From Candidatus Yanofskybacteria bacterium RIFCSPLOWO2_02_FULL_41_13 (GTDB lineage Bacteria; Patescibacteriota; Minisyncoccia; 2-02-FULL-40-12; GWA2-44-9): a stretch of 64,000 nucleotides of DNA. Below the pieces are notes generated by a model, which saw only the letters and a list, made by a program, of their open reading frames with translations, was not told the DNA's origin and did no database searches. Positions 47,431 to 56,790 of the stretch are shown one piece after another (the first letter of the stretch is position 1; every line of letters starts with the position of its first letter). Made by a program: the position numbers and the translations under genes. Location: the NCBI GenBank assembly GCA_001795735.1, contig MGKQ01000020.1, positions 52,050 through 116,049 on the forward strand. Reading direction: 5' to 3'.

Positions 47431-48612
47431 CTAATTTATAAACTTTGTCAAGAACTTCTTTTTAAACTCTTTAAACTTACTTTCTTGAATAGAGTCTCTA
47501 ATATCCTCAAGCAGGTTATTGAAAAACCACATATTGTGCATTAGGCACCAGCGCTGGCCTTCGGCGTAGAACTTTTTATTGGGATTCTTGATTAGCTGTT
47601 TAATTCTAGACCGGGTAATTTTACTTGAACACGTAGGGCATTTACAGCCTTTTTCGATTAGACGCTTATCGATTAGATATCTGCCTCTGCGGATGTCGAT
47701 ATGCCCCGTTTTGGTATAGAGCCGGCCATGGCGGGCTTCGCGGGTAGGAATAACGCAATCAAATAAATCTACCCCGTTTTCAATAGCTTCGAATATGTCT
47801 TCTATCTTGCCGACACCTAAAAGGTGACGGGGTTTCTCTTCCGGAAGATGGGAGATCATCCATTTTAGTGTTTTGGATATTTGTTTTTTAGTATAAGAAC
47901 CGCCAATGCCAAATCCGTCAAACGGCATTGAGCCGATTGATTTTGCGCTTTTAATTCGCAGATCCTTAAATAGTCCGCCCTGAACGATGCCAAAGAGCAA
48001 TTGCTTGTGTTTCGTATCTTGTATCTTGTATTTTGTGTCAAGACAGATCTTAGCCCAGCGGTCAGTATTCCTTACCGCTTTTTGATTATATGAATAGCTG
48101 TCGAGGGGCGATGTTATATGGTCAAAAGCAAAGATTATGTCGGCTCCTATTTTGGCCTGAATCTTCATTGACAGCTCAGGACCGAGGAATTTCCACTTGC
48201 CGTCATATTTAAAAATAACTCCCTTTTTAGTTATTTTTATCCTTCTTCGCTTATAGCTTGTATCTAGTTTTGCCTTGTCTCCTATAAATTTACCGACCTT
48301 GCGTTCACCGTCAAAAGCCAGTGATAATACCTGAAAACCGCCGCTATCGGTCATTAGGGGAATTTTCCCCAATTTTTCATTTAGCGAATTACGTATTCCG
48401 TATTTAGAACTTTCAGCTCTGTCCCGAAGATGAAAGGTGTTGGAAATAATAATTTGAGTTTTTGTACTTTTTATGTCCCTTGGCGAAAGGTGTCGTATTC
48501 TGCCATAAGTTCCGACAAACACGTAAGACGGGGTTTTAACAACTCCATGAGGCGTAGTTAAAACGCCCAGTCGGGCTTTTGTTTGGCTGTCTTTCTTTAA
48601 GATTTTAAACAT
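47431..48612 (-). CDS. tgt: tRNA-guanine transglycosylase
   Basis: TDSGGFQV, GIVQGG, PRHLLGVG, DLFDCVIPTR, CKCPTC zinc site. Confidence 0.93.
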   Translation of the reverse strand: MFKILKKDSQTKARLGVLTTPHGVVKTPSYVFVGTYGRIRHLSPRDIKSTKTQIIISNTFHLRDRAESSKYGIRNSLNEKLGKIPLMTDSGGFQVLSLAFDGERKVGKFIGDKAKLDTSYKRRRIKITKKGVIFKYDGKWKFLGPELSMKIQAKIGADIIFAFDHITSPLDSYSYNQKAVRNTDRWAKICLDTKYKIQDTKHKQLLFGIVQGGLFKDLRIKSAKSIGSMPFDGFGIGGSYTKKQISKTLKWMISHLPEEKPRHLLGVGKIEDIFEAIENGVDLFDCVIPTREARHGRLYTKTGHIDIRRGRYLIDKRLIEKGCKCPTCSSKITRSRIKQLIKNPNKKFYAEGQRWCLMHNMWFFNNLLEDIRDSIQESKFKEFKKKFLTKFIN

Positions 48613-48677
48613 AAAATAGGAAGGAGTTAGCTCAATTTAAGAATTGTACAATAAAAAATGCTCGTTGCAACGAGCAT

Positions 48678-49436
48678 TTATGGCTTAGCGGGTGGATGGT
48701 TTAAGCTTCGATTATTGTAAGAGTATTCGAGTCTCTCATGCGTTTCCCCCAGAATAACTCTGTACCTGTAAGTTAACTCTAGATGTTTAGGAACTATAAT
48801 TTTTTCAAATTCTTCTTGCTCAAATTTAATCGAAAAATCTTTCATTTCAAATATATTCATAATTCTTGTAAAGCTGTTAGTCAGCCTCCCCTCCAGACGT
48901 TTGAGGTAAAATTTTTCCATATCAATATAAAGTGAGCCAGTCATCCTGTTTATTCCCTCATCCATCCTGTCGTCAAAGGGCAGACTGTTTATCGGTTCTT
49001 TCGGTTTGAAGCTTATAATATAATAGCCTCTGCCATCCATTAGTTCTTCTCCCTTGAGGTCAAAATCAAATCTTTTGAGTAGTATGTCGTTGAAGTTTAA
49101 TTTGCTTGTTTCTGACCGGGCATTTCTTATCTGCTGGCCGTTTCGCTCTTTAAGCTTCTCAAAGGAATTTCCGTTTAATCCATATATTTCGTAAACGGAT
49201 GTTTCTATGACTCGGGGCGGATTTCTTTCTAAACTAGATTTGGTTATGGTTTTGTCGTATTTTATAAGGTCTCTTTTAAGTTTTTCATTCTCGTGTCCTT
49301 TTTCCAGTACAAGTTTCATGATCCAGTCGGCCAGTTCTTTTGATCCGGTTTGAACCTGCTGGGGCTGTGCTTCTCCTGGCGTTACCGATCCGGGGAGGAT
49401 CAGGAGAATAGCGGCAAGAAAAATCCCGATTCTCAT
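48678..49436 (-). CDS. Exported hypothetical protein
   Basis: Signal peptide; beta-rich C-terminal half. Confidence 0.65.
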   Translation of the reverse strand: MRIGIFLAAILLILPGSVTPGEAQPQQVQTGSKELADWIMKLVLEKGHENEKLKRDLIKYDKTITKSSLERNPPRVIETSVYEIYGLNGNSFEKLKERNGQQIRNARSETSKLNFNDILLKRFDFDLKGEELMDGRGYYIISFKPKEPINSLPFDDRMDEGINRMTGSLYIDMEKFYLKRLEGRLTNSFTRIMNIFEMKDFSIKFEQEEFEKIIVPKHLELTYRYRVILGETHERLEYSYNNRSLNHPPAKP

Positions 49437-49540
49437 AGAAACCTTTATTTAAATGAGCTTGGGGGCAATAGTAGCATAAAACATATTAACCTACAACAAA
49501 TTTGGCATTTATTTATTTTCAATGGTATAATTAATGGCAT

Positions 49541-49777
49541 ATGAATAACATAAAAATATATTCAACTCCAACTTGCCCGTGGTGCAAAAAGGCCAAGGCA
49601 TATTTAGACGAAAAGGGCATTGTTTATACAAGTGTTGACGTTTCAAATGACGAAGTAGCCCAAAAAGAAATGATCAAAAAAAGCGATCAGATGGGCGTAC
49701 CGGTTTTGGATATTGACGGAAAGATTGTGATCGGGTTTGATAAGGAAAAAATAAACGAACTTTTGAAGATTAATTAA
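49541..49777 (+). CDS. Glutaredoxin-like (NrdH/YruB-type) protein
   Basis: YSTPTCPWC, GVPV.DIDG...GFD. Confidence 0.9.
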   Translation: MNNIKIYSTPTCPWCKKAKAYLDEKGIVYTSVDVSNDEVAQKEMIKKSDQMGVPVLDIDGKIVIGFDKEKINELLKIN

Positions 49778-49897
49778 CATTTATCAATTTACAATTTCCA
49801 TTGATTTAACATTTTTTATTTACCAATTTAAGAAATGACTCCATGGCCGAATGGTAAATTATTGGCAAATGATAACTGGTAACTGGTAAGTTTAAGC

Positions 49898-50512
49898 ATG
49901 CCTAAAAAAGAATTTAAACAACTAAATTACGACGCCGACTCGTTAAAAGGAATTTCACAGAAAACTGTGGAGATTCATCACGGCAAACTTTATAAAGACT
50001 ATGTAGATAAATCAAATGAGATAAAAGATAAACTGGGCCCGATTGCTAAGAGCGGTAAGGCCGAGGGTAATCAAACATATAGCGAACTCAGGTCTCTCAA
50101 GAATGGCGAGTCTTTTGCCAATAACGGCGTTTATCTTCATGAGAATTATTTTGCTGTTCTTGGTGGGGACGGCGTGCCAAGGGGAGAGATAGTAACTAAA
50201 TTAGCAGAAAAATACGGCTCTTTCGATAATTTTAAAAACTATTTTTCAGCTTGTGGGATGGCGGCTCGCGGTTGGGCAGTGTTGGCTTGGGATATGCACG
50301 AGAAGGAATTAAGGATTTTTACTTGTGATGCCCAAAATCATGGCGGCATTTGGGGAACTATTCCTGTTTTATGTATGGACGTTTACGAACATTCATATTT
50401 CATAGACACTGGTTCTGACCGGGGGGCTTATATCAAGTTGTTTTTTGATAATCTTAGCTGGGATAAAGTAGAGGAATTTTATCAGCGTGCCAAAAAGTTT
50501 GGACTAGAGTAA
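49898..50512 (+). CDS. Fe/Mn superoxide dismutase family
   Basis: IHHGKLY, LHENYF, GWAVL, DVYEHSY. Confidence 0.88.
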   Translation: MPKKEFKQLNYDADSLKGISQKTVEIHHGKLYKDYVDKSNEIKDKLGPIAKSGKAEGNQTYSELRSLKNGESFANNGVYLHENYFAVLGGDGVPRGEIVTKLAEKYGSFDNFKNYFSACGMAARGWAVLAWDMHEKELRIFTCDAQNHGGIWGTIPVLCMDVYEHSYFIDTGSDRGAYIKLFFDNLSWDKVEEFYQRAKKFGLE

Positions 50513-50540
50513 TGAAAAGTCCCCGGAAGGGGACTTATTT

Positions 50541-51887
50541 TTACTTCCAGCTTTCAAGCCAAACCCTTGCTTCATAGGCTTTTGGCGGGAGTTCAAGCCC
50601 ATAGCTTAAGGGGGCAAAATATATAAAAGCAACCACAGAGGCAATTAATAGTCCGGCAAAGACCCTATTTTTGTATTTAGTATTATCCAGTAGATAGGTC
50701 AGGATCATCACGGCAAAAATATAAGCGGTGAAATAGTGATACAAGAACATGACTCTCTTTACTCCGATAAACGGCAGGATGTTAATGACATAACCTGCTA
50801 AGAGGAAATGCAGTATAAATTTATCTCTTAATATTTTTTCACTTTTCACTTTTAACTTTTCACTTAGCAGCAATATTATCGAAAATAATATTGCTGCACT
50901 TGATGCCCACCATATCACGTGATTACCAATAAGGTAGATGCGGGAATCACCGTCCACCCAATAGTATATCGGTCTGGTCATTAACGGCCAGGAGTACCAT
51001 TCACTTGAATAAGGGTGGGTGGCGGTAAGATTCTGGTTGGCCTTATACATTTCCATGTTCAGCTCTGTGAATTTCTGTAACAAATTAGGACTATCGGCCA
51101 GATCGTTTTCATACTTGCTTCCAGCTAATGTTTTTTGAAATCCGATACTCATAAAAGCATCGCCCGGGCCACTTTTATTGAGAATTATTAAGTGCCCCGT
51201 AAAAAATATAAAATATATTCCAACCGCTACGACTATTGGCAGGAGAAAGTGCTTGGCAATATTCTTGAAAGATCTGTTTTTTAATATTCTCCACGCTTCA
51301 AAAGCCAACGGCAGAGCCAAAAAACTTAGCCCCGTCCATTTAACGGAGATGGCAAGGCCGGAGAAGAGACCAAAGAGAAGCAGGTTGTGGGCTTTAGGCA
51401 TTAGGTTTTTAGACCTAAAGTAGAATAAGAGGGCTAAAAAACCGAAGATAAGAAGGAAGGAATCAAGTAAAATATAGTGAGACTGGGTAAGCAGGGCGTT
51501 CTCAAGGATTATAAAAAGACCGCCGAAGAAAGACGCCCTTAGGCTAAGGCTCATCTCAAGAAGAAGCAGAAATATTACAATAGGTAGCAGAGAGCCGGCC
51601 AAATTAGGCAAAAATCGCAGTATAAGATATTGCTTGTCAGGATATTCATTTCCTATTTCGGCAAAGGCAAATCCCGGTTTGAAATCAAACAGCTTGGCGA
51701 ATCCGGCGATGGCCATTTTCCCCAGCGGGGGATGAATGTCGAAAAAATACTCTCTGGTATAATAGCCGGATATAAACTTTCCGAAATGAACTTCGTCAAA
51801 GACAGTTTGGTTGGGATGGCTGAAAAAAATAAAGTGAGTTGCCAGACCAAGACCGAGCAGTATTAACAAGTAATACTTTTTATCCAT
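50541..51887 (-). CDS. Protein O-mannosyltransferase (PMT/GT39)
   Basis: VFDEVHF, FDIHPPLGK, VKWTG, HPYSS.W..WP, FLYHY. Confidence 0.9.
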   Translation of the reverse strand: MDKKYYLLILLGLGLATHFIFFSHPNQTVFDEVHFGKFISGYYTREYFFDIHPPLGKMAIAGFAKLFDFKPGFAFAEIGNEYPDKQYLILRFLPNLAGSLLPIVIFLLLLEMSLSLRASFFGGLFIILENALLTQSHYILLDSFLLIFGFLALLFYFRSKNLMPKAHNLLLFGLFSGLAISVKWTGLSFLALPLAFEAWRILKNRSFKNIAKHFLLPIVVAVGIYFIFFTGHLIILNKSGPGDAFMSIGFQKTLAGSKYENDLADSPNLLQKFTELNMEMYKANQNLTATHPYSSEWYSWPLMTRPIYYWVDGDSRIYLIGNHVIWWASSAAILFSIILLLSEKLKVKSEKILRDKFILHFLLAGYVINILPFIGVKRVMFLYHYFTAYIFAVMILTYLLDNTKYKNRVFAGLLIASVVAFIYFAPLSYGLELPPKAYEARVWLESWK

Positions 51888-52055
51888 AATTAGTATGATA
51901 TAATAAAAAGGCTTGAAAATGAAATCACAAATCACAAGCACCAAATACCAAATAATAACCAAATCCTAAATCCCAACAACCAAAACGCTGAGAATTCATA
52001 ATTTGAGGATTGGAATTTATTTGTAATTTGTAATTTGTAATTTGGAGCTTATAGG

Positions 52056-53033
52056 ATGTTGGATCTATTAATTATCGGTGGTTCAGCGGCGGCTACGACT
52101 GCCGGCATTTATGGCATTCGGCGTGGTTTGAATTTAAAAATAATAACCAAAGAATTTGGAGGGGAAGTTGCGACTTCTGGAGAAATAGGCAACTGGCCGG
52201 GGGATGGCATGACTGACGGCATCACTCTTTCAGACAAATTTAAAAATCATCTCAAGTATTATAAAGTCAACATTGAAGAGGGTATAGAGGTTGAAAAGAT
52301 AACCAAGCAAGAAGATGGCACTTTTTGCGTCTCTACTAAAAAGGGGAGTAATGTCGGAATGGCAGGAGAGAAGATGGCTGATGGGAAAGAGGGAGTCCTG
52401 AAATGCGATTATGTCGCTAAAGCCGTAATTGTTGCAACAGGAGTTCATCCTCGCGAGCTTGGAGCTATGGGTGAAAAAGAATTCAGAAACAAGGGTGTTA
52501 GCTATTGTTCAACATGCGACATGCCCCTATTCACGAGCAAGACGGTGGCTGTTATTGGCGGTGGCAACTCGGCCCTCGAGTCGGCTCTTATGGGCGTGGA
52601 TATCGCTAAAAAAGTTTATGTTATAAATAAAAACCCCGGTTTTAAAGGAGACGAAGTGCTTATCAGTAAATTAACTTCCCAGCCAAAAGATAAAGTCGAG
52701 ATAATATATGAAGTCGATACCAAAGAATTTGTCGGCGATAAATTCTTAACCGGAGTGAAGTATTCATCCAAAGACGGTCAGGTTCGGGAAATAAAAGTGG
52801 AAGGCGCTTTTGTCCATATCGGAATGGTTCCTAATTCTCAAATTGTTCCGGAAAATGTTGAGAAGAATCCTTTTGGAGAAATAAAGGTTAACGTAAGGTG
52901 CGAAACAAACATTCCCGGCTTATATGCCGCCGGTGATGTTTCTGATATTCCTTTTAAACAAATAGTTATAGCCACCGGCCAAGGGTGCCTGGCTACTTTA
53001 AGTGCGGTGCAATATCTTAATTCACGCAAATAA
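52056..53033 (+). CDS. trxB: Thioredoxin reductase (TrxB/AhpF-like)
   Basis: GVSYCSTCD, VIGGGNSA, GLYAAGD. Confidence 0.88.
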   Translation: MLDLLIIGGSAAATTAGIYGIRRGLNLKIITKEFGGEVATSGEIGNWPGDGMTDGITLSDKFKNHLKYYKVNIEEGIEVEKITKQEDGTFCVSTKKGSNVGMAGEKMADGKEGVLKCDYVAKAVIVATGVHPRELGAMGEKEFRNKGVSYCSTCDMPLFTSKTVAVIGGGNSALESALMGVDIAKKVYVINKNPGFKGDEVLISKLTSQPKDKVEIIYEVDTKEFVGDKFLTGVKYSSKDGQVREIKVEGAFVHIGMVPNSQIVPENVEKNPFGEIKVNVRCETNIPGLYAAGDVSDIPFKQIVIATGQGCLATLSAVQYLNSRK

Positions 53034-53034
53034 A

Positions 53035-53478
53035 ATGAAAATCTATCTAGGATCTGATCATCGGGGCTTTGCCCTGAAGGAAAAATTAAAGAAAAAATTG
53101 ACCGAATGGAATTACGAATACGAGGATCTCGGCCCTTTTAGCTACAATAAAGACGATGATTATCCTGATTTTGCCAAGGCGGTAGGTGAAAAGGTTGCCT
53201 CTGGTCCTAGCGGTAGGGGAATCCTTATATGTGGCTCCGGTGTGGGCGTATCCATAACTGCAAATAAGATAAATGGTGTACGGGCCGGAACGATGACGGA
53301 TGTTGAGCAGGTAAAGGCATCGGTGGCCGACGAGGATACAAATGTTATCGGACTTTCAAACGACTATACAAGCGATGATAAGAATATAGAAATAGCCAAA
53401 GCCTTTCTTGAATCAAAATTTTCCGGAGCAGAGAGACATGTCAGGAGAGTTAATAAAATTAAAGAATCAGAAAAATAA
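53035..53478 (+). CDS. rpiB: Ribose-5-phosphate isomerase B
   Basis: GSDHRGF, DDYPD, CGSGVG, ANK..GVRA, RHVRRV. Confidence 0.92.
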   Translation: MKIYLGSDHRGFALKEKLKKKLTEWNYEYEDLGPFSYNKDDDYPDFAKAVGEKVASGPSGRGILICGSGVGVSITANKINGVRAGTMTDVEQVKASVADEDTNVIGLSNDYTSDDKNIEIAKAFLESKFSGAERHVRRVNKIKESEK

Positions 53479-53513
53479 TAAAAGAGCCTGCCTACGCAGG
53501 CAGGCATGGGGCT

Positions 53514-53669
53514 TTAATACCCCTGCATGGCATTAACATATAAATTAAATAAAAAGGATGCGAAACAATATGTTAAGAATGCTATCAAAAGGCCGATCAT
53601 GGATCCAATAAATAATAACCATAATCTAGGCCTGTAACCGCTTGAATCTCTTGTAAAAAATCTAAACAT
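53514..53669 (-). CDS. Possible 51-aa single-pass membrane protein (below the ORF-track cutoff)
   Basis: MFRFFTRDSSGYRPRLWLLFIGSMIGLLIAFLTYCFASFLFNLYVNAMQGY*. Confidence 0.35.
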   Translation of the reverse strand: MFRFFTRDSSGYRPRLWLLFIGSMIGLLIAFLTYCFASFLFNLYVNAMQGY

Positions 53670-53757
53670 GAGCAAGTTCTCGCTTGAATATTGCAGAATG
53701 TTCTAGCCGGATACTACTTTTTATAATTAATTATGTCCAGAGTATTTGTCACGAGAC

Positions 53758-53870
53758 TCCCGATTTTGTATAAATTTTGATAGAATTTATATACAAAATC
53801 GAGGATCCTCGATTTCTTAGTTAAAATTATTTATTAAAAAAAAAATTAATAATTTTAAAAGAAATCGGGA
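53758..53870. mobile_element. Double-hairpin element, family C copy 2
   Basis: TCCCGATTTTGT...ACAAAATCGAGGATCCTCGATT...AATCGGGA; 113 bp. Confidence 0.78.
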
Positions 53871-53878
53871 CAATACCA

Positions 53879-54847
53879 ATGAAAGTATTTATTTCAAGAC
53901 CTATACCAAAAGTCGGAATCGATATGTTAAAGGCTAAGGGCTGGGATGTGGTTGTAAACGAAAAAGCCGAAGGCAGGGCGGCAACAAAAGCTGAGCTGAT
54001 CGAAGGAGCAAAAAGCTCCGATGCTATCCTTGCCGTATTAACCGACAAAATTGACGGTGAAGTTATGGATGTTGGAACACCAGCATTAAAGATTATAGCC
54101 AATTACGCCGTCGGTTTTGACAATATAGATCTTGAAGCGGCTAAACAGCGAAAAATAATGGTTACGAATACTCCCGGAGTTCTTACTAATACCGTAGCTG
54201 AACATACTTTTACCCTGATGCTCTCAATAGCTCATCGGATAAGCGAAGCTGACAGGTTTTCCAGAGCCGGCAGATATCATGCTTGGGGTCCTAACCTTCT
54301 TTTAGGCACTGATCTTTCCGGCAAGACACTTGGAGTTGTTGGTCTGGGGCGGATCGGCTCTCGAGTCGCTTTTCATGCAGTTAAAGGATTTGAAATGAAA
54401 GTCTTGTATAATGATCCGAAGCCGAATAGTGATTTTGAAAAAGAGTTTGGCGCCCAATACGTCGAGAGAATAGATGATATGCTGCCTCACTGCGATTTCG
54501 TATCTATCCATGTACCTTTACTTGATTCCACTCATCACCTCATAAACGAGGCTCGCCTGAAAATAATGAAACGATCTGCGTATTTAATAAATACATCCCG
54601 TGGCCCTATTATAGATGAAAAAGCTCTTGCCCTAAGTTTATCAAAGGGCTGGATTCGCGGTGCGGCAATTGATGTATTTGAATTTGAACCGGAAATTGTA
54701 CCCGAGCTAAAAGAACTCGATAATGTGATACTTACTCCGCACATTGCTTCGGCAACCGGGGAAACAAGAAATAAAATGGCTGAAATGGCGGCCCAGAACA
54801 TAATAGAGGCTTTAGGAGGAAGAACCCCGCCTAATTTAGTTAAATAG
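53879..54847 (+). CDS. D-2-hydroxyacid dehydrogenase (glyoxylate reductase/D-glycerate dehydrogenase)
   Basis: AVGFDNID, GLGRIG, LINTSRG, DVFEFEP, TPHIAS. Confidence 0.92.
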   Translation: MKVFISRPIPKVGIDMLKAKGWDVVVNEKAEGRAATKAELIEGAKSSDAILAVLTDKIDGEVMDVGTPALKIIANYAVGFDNIDLEAAKQRKIMVTNTPGVLTNTVAEHTFTLMLSIAHRISEADRFSRAGRYHAWGPNLLLGTDLSGKTLGVVGLGRIGSRVAFHAVKGFEMKVLYNDPKPNSDFEKEFGAQYVERIDDMLPHCDFVSIHVPLLDSTHHLINEARLKIMKRSAYLINTSRGPIIDEKALALSLSKGWIRGAAIDVFEFEPEIVPELKELDNVILTPHIASATGETRNKMAEMAAQNIIEALGGRTPPNLVK

Positions 54848-54911
54848 AATCTAGAATTTAGAATCTGGAATTTAGAAAAATTCAAAATTCAAAATTCAAA
54901 ATTCAAAATTC
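54845..54911. repeat. 7-bp-period tandem array
   Basis: TAGAATY-type units followed by five perfect AAAATTC units. Confidence 0.8.
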
Positions 54912-54914
54912 GTC

Positions 54915-55553
54915 TTGGTTGAGATCATTCCTGCTATTCTTACCGATTCATCGGCAAGGTTCAAAGAGCTGGTTCGGAGGCTGGAGCCTTATGTCAATAG
55001 GATTCATGTTGATGTTGCTGATGCGGAGCTTGTGCCAAGCAGAACGGTTACCGGCTATAAGGAAATTAAAGATACTGCGGTGGCGGTTAAATTTGATGTC
55101 CACTTAATGGTAAAAAGACCGCAAGAATATCTCAAAGAATGGTTTTATACTCATGCCGATAGGTTTATTATCCACGTTGAATCAGATGCGAATCTGGGAG
55201 AAATAATAAAAAACATCAAAGAACACGGACGCAGGGTCGGCGTAGCTTTTAATCCGGAGACAGAACCGGAAAAATCCGAACGATATTTCAAAGATATCGA
55301 TTTTGTACAATTTATGACCGTCCATCCCGGGTTTCAGGGCGGAAAATTCGTCAACGATGTTGTTGATAATATCTCAAAGTTCCATAAGAAATATCCTGGT
55401 ATAATTATTATGTGCGACGGGGGGGTTAATCCCGAGATAGCGCCCGGATTGATTAGGGCCGGAGCATCGGCTCTGGTCTCCGGAAGCTACGTAGTTAAAA
55501 GCGGGGATATGGAGAAGGCGATTCAGCAGTTACAGGAAGCTACTGAAAAATGA
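54915..55553 (+). CDS. rpe: Ribulose-phosphate 3-epimerase
   Basis: IHVDV.D, DVHLMV, MTVHPGFQG, DGGVN, VSGS. Confidence 0.9.
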   Translation: MVEIIPAILTDSSARFKELVRRLEPYVNRIHVDVADAELVPSRTVTGYKEIKDTAVAVKFDVHLMVKRPQEYLKEWFYTHADRFIIHVESDANLGEIIKNIKEHGRRVGVAFNPETEPEKSERYFKDIDFVQFMTVHPGFQGGKFVNDVVDNISKFHKKYPGIIIMCDGGVNPEIAPGLIRAGASALVSGSYVVKSGDMEKAIQQLQEATEK

Positions 55554-55652
55554 AAATGCAAAAATCAAAGTTCAAAATGACAATGCAAAGTTAAAAGATC
55601 CTGAGATTTTATTTTTAATTTTGATATTTTAATTTTAAATTTAGCGAAGCGT

Positions 55653-56666
55653 ATGTACGATATTATCTCAATTGGTTCAGCTACTCGTGATGTTTTTTTC
55701 AGCACCAATGATCTGAGGCGTTTTAAGATGGATGAGTTTCCGACCGGAGAGGCAATCTGTCTTGGCTATGGTTCAAAGATTGAAATGAAGAAAATAGTTT
55801 TAACTTCAGGCGGCGGAGGTACTAATGCGGCCGTTACTTTTGCCAGACAAGGATTGAAGACGGCTAACGTTGGGGTTATCGGGCAGGATTTTAATGGAAC
55901 AGAGATTCTCCGGGAGCTCGAAAGCGAGGGGGTAGATACTCGGTATTTTCAGAAGCATGACGATGATTTTACTGCTTACTCTGTAATTTTGGTCCATGCC
56001 GATGGAGAAAGAACCATAATGTCTTACAAGGGCGAGGGCCAGCACTTTGATCCAAAGAGGATACCTTTTAGTGAACTTGAGTCAAAATGGTTTTTCCTTG
56101 ATAGTTTGGGCGGTAATTTTGATGTTCTTGAAGGTCTGGTAAGTCATGCCGTTAAAAATAATATAAAACTGGCTACTAATCCGGGCGGTAAAGAATTGGC
56201 TCACGGTTTAGAAAAATTAAGGCCCCTGCTAAAATATTTTTCAATAATAATAATGAATCAAGAGGAGGCGGCCGGACTGACCGGGATAGATTATAAAAAA
56301 GAAGAGGAGATATTTAAATTCATGGACGAAGCCATAGGCGGTATTTTTGTCATGACTAAAGGCCCTGATGGGGTGGCTGTCTCTGATGGCAAGAATATTT
56401 ATACTGCCGGTGTGCCGGATTCTCCAGTTGTAGAGCGAACGGGGGCTGGGGATTCGTTCAGCTCTGGTTTCGTGGTAGAATATCTAAAAGGGCAAAAAGC
56501 AAAGGGTAAAGAGCAAAAAGAAGAGGATATAATAAAAAAAGCGATACAGTTTGCGACGGCCAATGCTTCATCAGTTGTGACTCAGTATGGAGCTAAGGCG
56601 GGGATATTAAAAAATGGCGATTGGGGGCCATGGCCATTAATAGAGGTTAAAGTTCGTAAAGCCTAA
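55653..56666 (+). CDS. PfkB-family carbohydrate kinase
   Basis: GGGGTNAA, MNQEEA, TGAGDSF. Confidence 0.9.
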   Translation: MYDIISIGSATRDVFFSTNDLRRFKMDEFPTGEAICLGYGSKIEMKKIVLTSGGGGTNAAVTFARQGLKTANVGVIGQDFNGTEILRELESEGVDTRYFQKHDDDFTAYSVILVHADGERTIMSYKGEGQHFDPKRIPFSELESKWFFLDSLGGNFDVLEGLVSHAVKNNIKLATNPGGKELAHGLEKLRPLLKYFSIIIMNQEEAAGLTGIDYKKEEEIFKFMDEAIGGIFVMTKGPDGVAVSDGKNIYTAGVPDSPVVERTGAGDSFSSGFVVEYLKGQKAKGKEQKEEDIIKKAIQFATANASSVVTQYGAKAGILKNGDWGPWPLIEVKVRKA

Positions 56667-56680
56667 GTATTTAAGATGGA

Positions 56681-56790
56681 TCCCGAACGAAGTAGTAATA
56701 ACTTCGGACGGGGTAATGACGAAACTCATACTTGGATGTGAACGGCAAACGTTTGACCTTCACACCCTGTAAGGGCTACTTTGTACGGGA
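56681..56790. mobile_element. MITE-like element, family B copy 3, at a start codon
   Basis: TCCCGAACGAAGTAG/CTACTTTGTACGGGA; TGGA duplicated on both sides. Confidence 0.78.

Noticed and set aside
53514-53669. Flp/Tad pilin interpretation of the small ORF
   Set aside because: Lacks the G/xxxxEY prepilin motif; kept only as a low-confidence membrane peptide
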